Numbered from the stretch's first letter, positions 1 through 9,944 are shown. The stretch is DNA of 64,000 nucleotides from Terriglobia bacterium (GCA_963666975.2 CAXVYR010000004.1:1760001-1824000); one strand, 5' to 3'. Notes: generated from the letters alone by a model not told the origin. Numbers and translations: made by a program.

Positions 1-2432
1 TGGACCATATAGGGTGTACCCGATCGGAGCGTTATGTTTCCCGAGGCTTGCCAACCTCCGAGCAACTGTGTCAGGAGGCCCCGGGACCGGCCAGGACCCG
101 GGAGTTGAAAGCGATAGGCGATCGCCAGAGCGTGGGGCGTGTCAAATGCCGAGGGCCCTTTCAGGTCCCCGATGATGTCGTCGTCCATACTGATATGGCG
201 CCCGGTGCCGATGTCCGCAAAGGTCGCGTCCCCAGAGTTGATGGCTTTGCTGAACGTGTAGCGCGCGCTCCATGTCAGTCTCTGGCCGAGGCGCTTCTCC
301 GCGGCAACCTGCAACGCATCAAAGTAGGCAATGCTGCCGTTGGTGACGGTGTTGATCTCCAGGAAACCTGGGTCGGGACGCCGCTGGTTGATGGTCCGCG
401 TGTTGGTTTCGATTCCCGGAACTGGTTTGGCCCGGTTGGAGACCACTTCCCAAGGCAATTGGAACGTCCGGCTTCCCATATAGCCGACCCGCAGAGAGAG
501 GCCGGCCGGCAGTTCTCGTTCGATTGTCAGCGTATAAAGATGCGTGTAAGGAGCCACGAGGTCTGGGCTGAGCAAATTCAGTCCTGACCTTTGGGTTCCG
601 CTGCTTGCCAATTCCATTCCTCCCAAGGGATCAATCAGATTGGGATCGTCGATGGATATGACTCGTACAGCGGGCGGGTTGAAGCGAGCTCGCTGGTACA
701 TCACAGGGAAAATGGTTCCAAAGGCTATCCCGTATCCGCCGCGCACTACCGTCTTTCCGCCCCCGGGATTCCAGGCGAAACCAAACTGAGGAGCGAAGTT
801 GTTGGCGTCGGTGCGATACGGAATCGCCGTCAACTGGTTCACCTCGCTGGGCACCGTGATGACCTCGTGTCGGAGGCCAAGGGAGAGCGTCCAGCCGGTC
901 TTCAGTTGAATTATGTCGTGGAAATAAAAGCCGTGTTCCCAGTTGCGGAAGCCGCGATAGAACTCGCCCAAATTGATCTTGAACCGTGTTGGACGGCCTA
1001 GCAGGAAATTCTCCACGGCAGAGCGGCCGAAGTTGGTGTTGAAGTCGAATACCCCGCGAGAGTTGTCGCTCTGCAAATCGTTGATCTGAAGTCGGGAGAG
1101 CAGGAAGCCGCCTGACAGCCTATGGCTGCCCCGGACGTGGCTTACTTCGGGAGCAATGTGAAATCGGTTTTCCACGCGTTTCCGGGGGAAGCTGAACCCC
1201 GGACCCAGGTTTTGAAGGTCTCCGCTTCGCCCAAACGAAATTTCCGGAACCGGGCTGATGCCCAGGGGAGCCAGTAAATTCTTATATTGCTCCGTCACGT
1301 CGAGTCGAGCCGCAAGCCGATCGAAGTTGTAGGAAAGACGTGCTAAAGTCTGTGGCGAGTGAGTGTAAATATAAGTCAGGTGGTAACTCTGCGGGCGCAG
1401 AAAAGTGACCGGGTTCTGCCCGGCAACGAGCTCAAAAGGCTGTTCGGTGGAATCGAAAAACCGTTGCTCAAAGGCCAGTTGATCCATTGCGCGCGGCCGA
1501 TAGTCCAGGCGCGTGGAGAATGCCGTGCTCCGGATATCCCGCACTGCGTTGGTGTTGAGATGCCGTGGGCTTAGATGGGGCAAGTTCGGGAGTTCCTTGG
1601 GATAGCCCTCCAGCATTCGGGCAATCAGCGCGTTGACCCTAGGATCGGGGGAACGCGGAGCCCGCTCCTCCAGCAGAGGCACCTGAACGTTCCCGTTGAC
1701 ATAGCCGGAATCCCTCACCTGACTCCCGGCAAAATAGATCGATGCCTTGTCGCGGGAAAGAGGCCCGCCGATTGTCCCTCCATACTCGTTACGCCGGGCG
1801 GGGCGCAACTTGCCCACCGTGAAGAAAGAGCGCGCATTCAAGGCACTGTTCTGGTGGAACCCGTAGAGCGATCCGTGAAACGCTGGCAGCAACGTGCGGG
1901 GTCGTACCAATTCCACCTTTCTCAGCGGGTAGCCATAGAGCGCGCCATAGGAATTCTCTTGTGAACGGAACTCTCTGGGGAACTGTGGATTAGCCCCCCG
2001 ATTGTAAAGCTGCCGGACAATCGCATTGGCATCCAGCTTGACGACAAAGACGTTGGGATTGAGTTCCTCGGCCCCCGACATCCCCGTCTGCCTTCGGTTC
2101 GACCCCACCCGCAGGTTGAGCTGGACCGCTCCGTCCCCATCGCCCACGGTGACATTCTTCTGGACCAGCGGGTTGAAACCCGACTTTCGCACAGTAACCG
2201 CATAGACGCCTGGAGGCAGGGAATCGAAAAAGTAGCTACCGTCTTCTTGCGTCACAGCAGCCCTGGAAAAATCGGATTGATCCTCCCGGACATTGATTTG
2301 GGCTCCGGGAACTGGCGCACCCTCTGTATCCGTGATCCGTCCGGTGATCGAGGCGCCGCGCACGGTCAATACCGAAACGAATACCGCCCCAACAACCAGC
2401 AGAGTTCTCAGGAGATATTGCCGTCGTTTCAT
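1..2432 (-). CDS. TonB-dependent receptor with N-terminal carboxypeptidase regulatory-like domain (3' end beyond window)
   Basis: Manual translation from ATG 2432: signal peptide MKRRQYLLRTLLVVGAVF, ITGRITDTEGAPVPGA, YFFDSLPPGVYAVTV, NSALNARSFF, NEYGGTIGGPLSRDK; apparently open to the window edge, which explains its absence from the ORF track. Confidence 0.85.
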   Translation of the reverse strand, partial: MKRRQYLLRTLLVVGAVFVSVLTVRGASITGRITDTEGAPVPGAQINVREDQSDFSRAAVTQEDGSYFFDSLPPGVYAVTVRKSGFNPLVQKNVTVGDGDGAVQLNLRVGSNRRQTGMSGAEELNPNVFVVKLDANAIVRQLYNRGANPQFPREFRSQENSYGALYGYPLRKVELVRPRTLLPAFHGSLYGFHQNSALNARSFFTVGKLRPARRNEYGGTIGGPLSRDKASIYFAGSQVRDSGYVNGNVQVPLLEERAPRSPDPRVNALIARMLEGYPKELPNLPHLSPRHLNTNAVRDIRSTAFSTRLDYRPRAMDQLAFEQRFFDSTEQPFELVAGQNPVTFLRPQSYHLTYIYTHSPQTLARLSYNFDRLAARLDVTEQYKNLLAPLGISPVPEISFGRSGDLQNLGPGFSFPRKRVENRFHIAPEVSHVRGSHRLSGGFLLSRLQINDLQSDNSRGVFDFNTNFGRSAVENFLLGRPTRFKINLGEFYRGFRNWEHGFYFHDIIQLKTGWTLSLGLRHEVITVPSEVNQLTAIPYRTDANNFAPQFGFAWNPGGGKTVVRGGYGIAFGTIFPVMYQRARFNPPAVRVISIDDPNLIDPLGGMELASSGTQRSGLNLLSPDLVAPYTHLYTLTIERELPAGLSLRVGYMGSRTFQLPWEVVSNRAKPVPGIETNTRTINQRRPDPGFLEINTVTNGSIAYFDALQVAAEKRLGQRLTWSARYTFSKAINSGDATFADIGTGRHISMDDDIIGDLKGPSAFDTPHALAIAYRFQLPGPGRSRGLLTQLLGGWQASGNITLRSGTPYMV

Positions 2433-2534
2433 GGTTTCCCAGGTGGACAATTTCCGCCGCAGATTCAAATCAGATTTACAAGCATAACCCAATCTGCCCG
2501 GCGCTTCCAATTGATATCAGCCGGGGGTAGTGGG

Positions 2535-2714
2535 CTAGTTTGAATTTCTCTTCTTTCTCCGATAATAAGCATCCCGATGGCAGGATTTGCATCGGCAATG
2601 TCTGCCGCCCTGAGAAGTTGAATGCGTTGGATCGGTTGGAAAGTCCGCTAACGGTTTCCACTGTTTGCAAGTTGAACACTTTTTCCCTGGAACCTTATCA
2701 ATCGTGATAATCAA
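2535..2714 (-). CDS. small CxxC...CxxC zinc-finger-like protein, passenger of IS1-family element
   Basis: KKCSTCKQWKPLADF...HCRCKSCHRDAYYRRKKRNSN; TTG start overlaps the transposase stop, with GGAGGGAG upstream. Confidence 0.6.
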   Translation of the reverse strand: MIITIDKVPGKKCSTCKQWKPLADFPTDPTHSTSQGGRHCRCKSCHRDAYYRRKKRNSN

Positions 2715-3327
2715 GCCGCTCTTTCTCCCCTCCGCTCTTCGGCTTCCCAAAGAGCAACGAGGTCTGAGACTTCCCACAGCCGATTTGTTACGCCAGCGGC
2801 CATTGCTGGGGAAGTCCGCAGTGTGCCATGAATCTTGATGAAGTTGTAGGAGAAATAGTAAAGCGCCACAGCTGCCGCATGGTTCTCAACCTTCTTTGAA
2901 AACCCGTTTGTGAGGCGGGTAAACCGGCGCATGGACATTCTCCTGGTGAGATTCTGACGCTCAATGTAGCTGGTAGAAACGTGCCGTGGATCGGGGTTTC
3001 CAGTAACCCGCTTTCGCTGGCAACCGATGCACTCGCCTGGGCTATAGCGCGTCTCGCTTTCTGGTGCTGCCCCATACAGTTTGACCAATTGGCTGTAATC
3101 AACATCTACCCCAAACGCAGCTTCCGCGGCCTCTAAATATGCCTTGAGACCATCAGTTGTTAACTGCACTCGACTTTTCAACCGCGAGGCAAGGTCCGCT
3201 ACAAAAACACTTGCGGCCCCGCTGTCTCGGTTCCCAAGCATCCCGGACGGCACGAGCTTTGTATCCGCGTCGATTGCGATCCAGAGCCAAATGTCTCCGA
3301 GAGCACCACGGGCGACAGCGGCCGTTC
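2711..3327 (-). pseudogene. IS1-family DDE transposase, N-terminally truncated
   Basis: GDIWLWIAIDADTKLVP, QLTTDG, STSYIERQNLT..MRRFTRLTNGFSKK; in-frame stop just upstream of TAAVARGALGDIW and no N-terminal domain. Confidence 0.8.
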
Positions 3328-3399
3328 AGGGCGCGATTAATCTCTCGGAAAAGATTCTGATAGTTGACTCAGTTTCTGGTATGGCGACGATGGGTCCAC

Positions 3400-4430
3400 T
3401 AGAGCATTTCTCCCGATGGTGTATACTGTGGAACGAGGTTCTCTGGCGATCCAAGAACACCATGGCGAAAGCATACTCGGACGATTTGCGTCGGAAGATT
3501 TTGGAGGCGTACGACAGGGAGTTAGGGAACCTGCGGGAGTTGGCGGAACGGTTTGGCGTGAGCTATGCCTGGGCGCGGAAGATTTCCTGGCAGCGGCGGC
3601 GAACGGGTCGGATGGAGCGGGTGGAGCAGCGACACGGCTCGCCGAGCCGGGCGACGGCGGAAGTGGAAGCGCGGTTGCGCCGCCTGTTGCGGGAGCAGCC
3701 GGACCGCACGCTGGTGGAGTTGCAGCAGGGGTTATGGGAAGCCGAGGGGGTGCAGTTCAGTATTCAGCATCTGTGGCGACTGCTCCGGCGGATGGGCTTG
3801 CCGCTAAAAAAAAGTCGCTCCGCGCCCAGGAGCAAGACACGCCGGAAAACCGGGAGCGCCGCGAGGCGTGGCAGGAGCAGAGCCAGCTGATGGATCCCCG
3901 GCAGTGGGTGTTTGTGGACGAGCGAGGCGCGACCACCCAGATGACCCGGCGCTACGGTCGCGCCCCTCGCGGGGAACGGATGCGGGAAGCTACGCCCGCC
4001 GCCCACTGGAGCACACTGCCGCTTCTGGGAGCGATGAGCACCGAGGGATTGTTGGCGACCCTGACCGTGGAGTCGCCCACCGACGGAGATGTCTTTTTGG
4101 CTTACCTGGAACACGTGTTGTGTCCCCGGCTGGAACCGGGCCAGATCGTGGTCATGGACAACCTGGGGGCGCATAAAGTTCAGGGAGTCGGAGAACTCAT
4201 CGAGGCCACCGGAGCCCAACTGCGGTACTTGCCGCCGTACTCGCCCGACTTCAACCCGATAGAACCATGCTGGGGGAAGGTGAAACAGAAGCTCCGTTCG
4301 CTGAAGGCCCGCACCGTGGACGCGCTGCAGGAGGCGATCTCCGAAGCCATCGCCACGATCACCCCCAACAACGCCTCCGCCTGGTTCGCCCATTGCGGCT
4401 ATGATCTACACTAACAGGAGAAATGCTCTA
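3400..4430 (+). mobile_element. IS630-family insertion sequence
   Basis: Terminal inverted repeats TAGAGCATTTCTCC / GGAGAAATGCTCTA, both ends in a CTAG context (TA duplication). Confidence 0.92.
3462..4414 (+). CDS. IS630 transposase, two ORFs joined by -1 frameshift at A8G (3806-3814)
   Basis: orf[14 protein letters not shown] domain; orf[30 protein letters not shown] motifs. Confidence 0.9.
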
Positions 4431-4588
4431 GCACCCACACCAGTCTGTCACGCCCCTTTTTTGAGCGCGACAATGGGGCGCCAAGCAAGTTTTTGCCGAA
4501 CTAATCTTTAACTAACACCCCATCCTTGCCGGCTTCTCCGAACACCCGTTGACCCGCTGACCCCAAAAACCCTATAGTCGATGTCCTT

Positions 4589-5626
4589 ATGAATTCTTAT
4601 GACGTGATCGTTGTCGGAGGAGGCCCCACCGGGCTGGCCTGCGCTATTGAGGCCAAGCGGAGGGGGTTGACGCATCTGGTGTTGGAAAAGGGCTGCGTGG
4701 TGAACTCTCTCTACCGCTATCCGGTCAACATGGTCTTTTTCACCACGCCGGAGCTGCTTGAGATCGGCGAGCTTCCCCTGGTGTGCCAGCGGGAAAAGCC
4801 GACCCGCCTGGAGGCGCTAAAGTATTACCGTCTGGCCGCCCGGCACTTTGAGCTAAACATCCACCAATACGAGCGGGTGGAGAAAATCCGAGGCTCGGAT
4901 GGAGCCTTTGAATTTTCGACCCGCGACCGCCTGGGTGTTCCCCAGCACTACCGGTCGAAGAAAGCGATTCTTGCGACCGGATACTACGACCTGCCGAACC
5001 GGATGGGGATTCCGGGAGAAGACCTGCCCAAGGTCTCGCACTACTACAGCGAAGCTCACCCTTACTATGATTCCGACGTCGCCGTCATCGGCGGAAAAAA
5101 CTCAGCCGCCGAGGTGGCGCTCGATCTCTACCGCCACGGCGCACGCGTGACGCTGATTCACCGCCAGGCGGCGGTTTCAGACCGCGTCAAATACTGGGTC
5201 CGCCCGGACATCGAGAACCGCATCCGCAAGGGAGAGATTCAGGCCTTTTTCAATACACAGGTAACGGAGATCCTTCCCGACTGCATCCGGCTGGCCCCGG
5301 CGGAGGGAGCCGCGAAGGGAGTTGGAGTTAATGATAAGGGAGAGGCACAGACGCTGCAGAACGACTTCGTGCTGGCGCTGACGGGCTACCATCCGGACAT
5401 GGAGTTCCTCCGGAGCGAGGGCGTCGAGATGGAGCCAACCCGCATGCGTCCCCGCTGCCATCCGGAAACTTTAGAGAGCAACGTGGCCGGGCTGTATCTG
5501 GCGGGCGTGATTATTGCGGGCCTGGAAACTGCGGAAATTTTTATTGAAAACGGCCGCTTTCACGGCAAGCAGATCGTGGCCGATATCGCCGCCAAGCTCA
5601 AAAGCCATTCGTCGTCTTCCGGGTAG
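4589..5626 (+). CDS. ypdA: YpdA-family FAD-dependent (putative bacillithiol) disulfide reductase
   Basis: GGGPTG, YPVNMVFFTTPELLEIG, ATGYYD, GGKNSA, FIENGRFHG. Confidence 0.88.
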   Translation: MNSYDVIVVGGGPTGLACAIEAKRRGLTHLVLEKGCVVNSLYRYPVNMVFFTTPELLEIGELPLVCQREKPTRLEALKYYRLAARHFELNIHQYERVEKIRGSDGAFEFSTRDRLGVPQHYRSKKAILATGYYDLPNRMGIPGEDLPKVSHYYSEAHPYYDSDVAVIGGKNSAAEVALDLYRHGARVTLIHRQAAVSDRVKYWVRPDIENRIRKGEIQAFFNTQVTEILPDCIRLAPAEGAAKGVGVNDKGEAQTLQNDFVLALTGYHPDMEFLRSEGVEMEPTRMRPRCHPETLESNVAGLYLAGVIIAGLETAEIFIENGRFHGKQIVADIAAKLKSHSSSSG

Positions 5627-5662
5627 TCCGGCAGCTCTCTGCTGCCGGGATTCCTACAAAAC

Positions 5663-6388
5663 CTATTTCTCCGCAGCCGCCACGTGCAGTCCGCATTCTT
5701 TTTGGAGGTCCTGTTCCCACCACCAGCGGCCCGCGCGGGGATTTTCTCCCGCCTGCGTCGGGCGCGTGCACGGCAAGCAACCGATGCTGGTGAAGCCCTT
5801 CTCATACAAGGCATGGCTCGGAACGTTGTGGACCTTGATGTAATCGGCGAGCTGCTGGTCGGTCCAATCGGCGATAGGGTTCAGCTTGACGATGCCGTTA
5901 TTCCCCGCATCGGTTTCGATCTTGCTGATGGCGGAGCGCGTCGCCCACTGGTCCCGGCGCAGGCCCGTCACCCAGCAGTCCACCCCGGAGAGAAATTTCT
6001 TCAGCAGGTTCACCTTCCGCACGCCGCAGCATTCGTGCCGGTTTTCCGTGCTCTGGTAGAACAGGTTCAGGCCCTTGGAGCGCACCATGGCCTCCACCTC
6101 CGCGGAATCCGGGCAAAGAATTTCCAGGCTCATGCCGTATTGATCCCGCACGCGGTCCATCATGTCGTAAGTTTCCTGATGCAGACGGCCTGTGTCGAGC
6201 GTGAAAACGCGCACCTTCGGCTGAATGCGCCACGCGATATCCAGCACCACCATGTCTTCGGTCTGGAAGCTGGTGGCGAGCGCCATCTTGGGATGGAAGC
6301 GGTTGAGCGCCCAGCCCAGCACCTCTTCCGCCGATTGATTCACGAACTCTTTCTCCAGTTTCTGGACTTCTCCTGTAGATAACACCAT
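5663..6388 (-). CDS. cysH: APS/PAPS reductase (4Fe-4S type)
   Basis: LDTGRL, CCGVRK, SIGCLPCT, GRWWWE, ECGLH. Confidence 0.93.
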   Translation of the reverse strand: MVLSTGEVQKLEKEFVNQSAEEVLGWALNRFHPKMALATSFQTEDMVVLDIAWRIQPKVRVFTLDTGRLHQETYDMMDRVRDQYGMSLEILCPDSAEVEAMVRSKGLNLFYQSTENRHECCGVRKVNLLKKFLSGVDCWVTGLRRDQWATRSAISKIETDAGNNGIVKLNPIADWTDQQLADYIKVHNVPSHALYEKGFTSIGCLPCTRPTQAGENPRAGRWWWEQDLQKECGLHVAAAEK

Positions 6389-6484
6389 AGATATTTCCTC
6401 GCTCCTACATTTTCAGAATGATTTCAAACTCGAACCAACAAGAGTGGCCGACGCAGAAAGCCTGCCGCAGAAGGTCTTCCTGAG

Positions 6485-7687
6485 TTATTTGCCTCCGGCT
6501 GCTGCCGCCGCCATGCTCTCAATCAGAATCCGTCCCACTTCCTCCCGTGTAAACTCGGGCGGAGGCAGCAAGCCTTCCCGCAGCATGTCTCGCACCTGAG
6601 TGCCGCTCAACTGGAGGTGGGACTCCTTGCCGTGGGGACATGTCTTGAGAGTCCCCATGCCGCCGCACGACTTGCAGAAAAAGACCATGTCAAAGAACAG
6701 CGGCTCGATCCCCAAATCCCCGGCGGGAAATTGCCGAAAGATCTCCTGGGCCTCAAACGGCCCGTAATAGTTGCCCACGCCTGCATGGTCGCGTCCCACG
6801 ATGAAATGAGTGCAGCCGTAATTTTTCCGGACTAAGGCATGAAAGATCGCCTCCCGCGGGCCGGCATACCGCATCCATGTAGGGTAGAGCGCCAGCAGGG
6901 TCCTCTCCGGAACAAAGTAATGATCGATCAAGGCCCGGTAGCACCGGAGCCGCACTTCGGCAGGTATGTCGTCGGATTTGGTCTCCCCCACCAGGGGATG
7001 AATCAGGATGCCGTCGCAGCCCTCGAGCGTCACCTTCAGCACGTACTCGTGGGCACGGTGAATGGGGTTCCGTGTCTGGAAACCGGCCACACGCTTCCAT
7101 CCACGGTCTGCAATCACCTGCCGGGTCTCCCGGGGCACGGCAGGATAACCTTCATAGGGATGCGGCCGCCATCCGGGAAAGACGCTCACCTTGCCTCCCA
7201 GGGCGGTGTCCCCGCTGCCGTGGAGCCATGCCACGCCGGGATGCTTCTCCTCTTTGGTGCGAAACACCTGCCCGGCATACTCCGACTTCGGCAATGGGAA
7301 TTTTTCTTCCATGTGGAGAACCCCTACCGGGTCCGCGCCGGAGTCATACAGAAGCACATTGGCGCCCGGCTTCCAGTCCTTCGCTTCATTTCCTACCAGC
7401 AGAACGACCGGGATGCTCCACACCAAGCCGGAGCCCAACCGAAAATCGCGCAGCACGCTCTGTACTTCGTCGCGGTTTTGAAAGCCTTCCAGCGGACTGA
7501 AGGCCCCTTCGCCGAGAAGGTAGAGGTCGGAGAGCTGGCGAAAATCCAGCTTTAGGCGAGGCAGTTCCCCCGCCCGGCCGGTCCAGTCGGCGGCCTCTTC
7601 GGCGCTGAGCATGCGATTGACCAGCCGCCCGCCGTGTGGTTCCCAGCTACTTTTGTTTCCGTCGTCGTTGCTCACGCTTACCCCCAA
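6485..7687 (-). CDS. sat: sulfate adenylyltransferase
   Basis: PHGGRL, FQTRNPIHRAHE, MRYAGPREA, VGRDHAGVG. Confidence 0.95.
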   Translation of the reverse strand: MGVSVSNDDGNKSSWEPHGGRLVNRMLSAEEAADWTGRAGELPRLKLDFRQLSDLYLLGEGAFSPLEGFQNRDEVQSVLRDFRLGSGLVWSIPVVLLVGNEAKDWKPGANVLLYDSGADPVGVLHMEEKFPLPKSEYAGQVFRTKEEKHPGVAWLHGSGDTALGGKVSVFPGWRPHPYEGYPAVPRETRQVIADRGWKRVAGFQTRNPIHRAHEYVLKVTLEGCDGILIHPLVGETKSDDIPAEVRLRCYRALIDHYFVPERTLLALYPTWMRYAGPREAIFHALVRKNYGCTHFIVGRDHAGVGNYYGPFEAQEIFRQFPAGDLGIEPLFFDMVFFCKSCGGMGTLKTCPHGKESHLQLSGTQVRDMLREGLLPPPEFTREEVGRILIESMAAAAAGGK

Positions 7688-7736
7688 ATTTCCCTATTGA
7701 AAGATGATTCCGTTACCGAACACCAAATAACCGCCT

Positions 7737-7774
7737 GAAAACAAAAATCCCGCCGATTCAGTTGTACCGGCGGG
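7737..7774 (-). terminator. intrinsic terminator/attenuator upstream of sat
   Basis: Stem CCCGCCG/CGGCGGG (7774-7768/7755-7749) followed by AUUUUUGUUUU on the minus strand. Confidence 0.75.
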
Positions 7775-7815
7775 CCCGTTTCCTTCCTGACTGCTCAGAT
7801 GCTATTGCGCGTCTT

Positions 7816-7908
7816 TTATCCGGCTGCGTATTCCGTCTGAGGGCACCTTCGATACGACTCCCTGCAAGGACAACAACAGCCCCTCTCGAAGGCGAGTCTT
7901 AACGGCAT
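7816..7908 (-). CDS. Cys-rich leader peptide (30 aa) of the sat-cysH operon
   Basis: MPLRLAFERGCCCPCRESYRRCPQTEYAAG*, located between promoter and terminator. Confidence 0.7.
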   Translation of the reverse strand: MPLRLAFERGCCCPCRESYRRCPQTEYAAG

Positions 7909-7916
7909 GACAGTGT

Positions 7917-7945
7917 AGATTAACAAAGATTACCGGGTGCGTCAA
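7917..7945 (-). promoter_or_regulatory. sigma70 promoter of the leader/sat-cysH transcript
   Basis: TTGACG-17 bp-TAATCT with extended TG; ATG of the leader 8 nt downstream. Confidence 0.65.
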
Positions 7946-8025
7946 TATGGCAACTGCGTCAATAGATGAAACGGCAACAGCGCTAACGGTCAAAGAAAGA
8001 AGCGTCTATAGAAGCTGCTCGCCTG

Positions 8026-8739
8026 CTATTCCACGAAGACCACTTCCGACGGGAGTGTTTGCCGCTCTTCCGAGGGGAGTGCCTGCCGCTCCCCTGGGGG
8101 AACTTCCTCTAACGTACGGAACGACACCGGCCGGGTCAGTTCCAGCACGATCTCGCTTCCGGCGGGCAACACCGCGTCCTTGCCTCTTTTGAAGATCCTG
8201 TGGAACAGGGCGACGGCGCCCACGGCTCCGGCGCCAATCAAGGCGCCCTTGCCCCCGCCCAGGGACGCCCCAATGCCGGCGCCCACGGCGGCTCCGGTCC
8301 CTACCGTCTTCCCGCTGATGCCGTCCTTGCCGGGGCCCGTGATGGTTCCCTCGTCCGGGTCCACGTCGATCTCTCCGCCGGTCTGCGCGCCGGTCACCGA
8401 CGCCCGCAAGGAGAGGGTGCGACCATCCGGGAAGGTCAATTTTTCAGGGCGCAGTTGCATCTGAGCCTTGCCCTTCACCCGTCCGGGAGTTTTCATGCCG
8501 GCCAGCGTGCCTTCCACCACGCTTCCTATAGGAAGCGCCTCCCGTTCGTTAATGAAGACCGGGATCACCAGGCGAGCGGTGAACGGGTCGCCCGCGTTGC
8601 TTTCCTTTGTGCTGAGCGTCGTCTCCAGCACCACGCGAAGTTCGGTGCCAGCCGGCATGACAATTTCCTCTGCTGGAGCCGGGGCTGCCATTCCCCAGCA
8701 AGCAAACAGGACCCCTGCAATTCCTATGGCCTTGTTCAT
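8026..8739 (-). CDS. secreted TrbI/VirB10-like domain protein
   Basis: Signal peptide, MPAGTELRVVLETTLST, GDPFTARL, Gly-rich GAAVGAGIG segment, LPAGSEI; purine-rich RBS. Confidence 0.7.
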   Translation of the reverse strand: MNKAIGIAGVLFACWGMAAPAPAEEIVMPAGTELRVVLETTLSTKESNAGDPFTARLVIPVFINEREALPIGSVVEGTLAGMKTPGRVKGKAQMQLRPEKLTFPDGRTLSLRASVTGAQTGGEIDVDPDEGTITGPGKDGISGKTVGTGAAVGAGIGASLGGGKGALIGAGAVGAVALFHRIFKRGKDAVLPAGSEIVLELTRPVSFRTLEEVPPGERQALPSEERQTLPSEVVFVE

Positions 8740-8866
8740 CCGATCTCCTCCCACTCTGGACATAAGCCGTATCCCGAAAAGTTGAGAGCCTCTGCCGTAA
8801 CTCCAATTTACCTCTTTGGTAGTATTAGACGCAAGAATTTCCCGGAAGGGAGCAGCGACGGTCCGC
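8735..8866. repeat. direct repeat copy 1 (start and upstream region of TrbI-like gene)
   Basis: 132 bp aligning ungapped with 10766-10897, about 17 mismatches by manual count. Confidence 0.9.
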
Positions 8867-8984
8867 AGCGCCGATCTGTAGAGATTTGATCCGCCCTCCC
8901 CCTTCCGGTCACTCACAGATACCCCTTACTGACTGAGGTGAGAGGCTAAGCCATTTTCAGGGTTGGTGTAGCGCCGCCGCCAAA

Positions 8985-9041
8985 GTAGGGACAGGCCTCC
9001 AGGCCTGTCCTCTCAAGGGCAGGCAGGAATGCCTGCCCTAC
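8985..9041. repeat. GTAG-type REP doublet
   Basis: GTAGGGACAGGCCTCCAGGCCTGTCC ... GGGCAGGCAGGAATGCCTGCCCTAC, two inverted palindromic units. Confidence 0.7.
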
Positions 9042-9309
9042 CTGCGGGCTATACAGCAACGCCGAAAATGGTCTAGTAGGTGCCTGATAAACAGCGTAAG
9101 AACAGCCGAAACCGCAACGCGGGTGGAAACTGAATTGGAATGCCACGAAGAACTGTTGAATTGCCTGGCGTAATACCCAGGGTTTGGTGGGGTTATCCCT
9201 CGGAATGCTCTTGAAATCAAAGGCAAAGACGTTTATAAGCAGGCTAGACTTGCTGTTCGTGTCCTCCAAGGGTTAGGAGAGTTCAAGCGTTGAAATAGAG
9301 GGAGGCCAA

Positions 9310-9894
9310 ATGAGCACCCATATTCGTTTGTCGCTGGTTGGAGTTTTGTTCTTGGTGTTGGCATCTACACAAGCATCCGCCCAAGACACGCTATGGGAAA
9401 GGTACTACACCGCTGGGAGGAAGGCTTATCGGCAAGGCCGTAACGCCGAGGCTGAGAAGCAGTTGCTGGCCGCGCTCCAGGAAGCAGAAAAGTTCGTGCC
9501 AGAAGACTCACGCCTCGTAAGGAACCTCAACAGCTTAGCGACGCTGTACATTAAGCTGGGCAATTACGCCGAGTCCGTGACGTTCATCCGGAGGTCGCTG
9601 GTAATCCAGGAGAAAGTCCCCGGGCCAGCACATCCGAACCTGGCCACGACCCTCAACAACTTGGCGACGCTCTACCGTTTCCAGGGAAAGTACACTGAGG
9701 CCGAGCCGCTTTTCAAGCGGTCGTTGGAGATTTGGGAGAAGGCCCTGGGGCCGGAGCACCCCCAAGTGGCCCTCAGCCTGGCGAGCTACGCGGACCTTCT
9801 ACGCAAAACGGGGCTGGAGGCCGAGGCAGAGGAAATGGACACCCGCGCCCAGGCCATCCGCGCCAAACAGTCCGAACAGGATAGGGCGCAGTGA
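9310..9894 (+). CDS. exported tetratricopeptide repeat protein
   Basis: Signal peptide; LNNLATLYRFQGKYTEAEPLFKRSLEIWEKALGPEHP repeats. Confidence 0.88.
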   Translation: MSTHIRLSLVGVLFLVLASTQASAQDTLWERYYTAGRKAYRQGRNAEAEKQLLAALQEAEKFVPEDSRLVRNLNSLATLYIKLGNYAESVTFIRRSLVIQEKVPGPAHPNLATTLNNLATLYRFQGKYTEAEPLFKRSLEIWEKALGPEHPQVALSLASYADLLRKTGLEAEAEEMDTRAQAIRAKQSEQDRAQ

Positions 9895-9944
9895 AAAAGG
9901 GCTTGCCCGCATGGACTCCAAACAGGGAGCTTTAGGGAGGCATC

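Larger units (their letters stand above)
2526..3330 (-). mobile_element. truncated IS1-family element (right end, passenger gene, partial transposase)
   Basis: Terminal sequence GGTAGTGGGCTAGTTTGAA at 2526; transposase fragment upstream; left end absent. Confidence 0.65.

Noticed and set aside
1-2432. Possible pseudogene (no long ORF listed in the track)
   Set aside because: Manual reading of the minus frame found no stop in the portion translated, and a stopped ORF would have been listed; it most likely runs off the window edge
7780-7945. SAM riboswitch upstream of sat
   Set aside because: No SAM-I core (AUC..GAU P1, kink-turn, GCAACC); the leader-peptide model fits better
8026-8739. Conjugative type IV secretion system
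   Set aside because: Solitary TrbI-like domain with no other T4SS, relaxase or coupling genes
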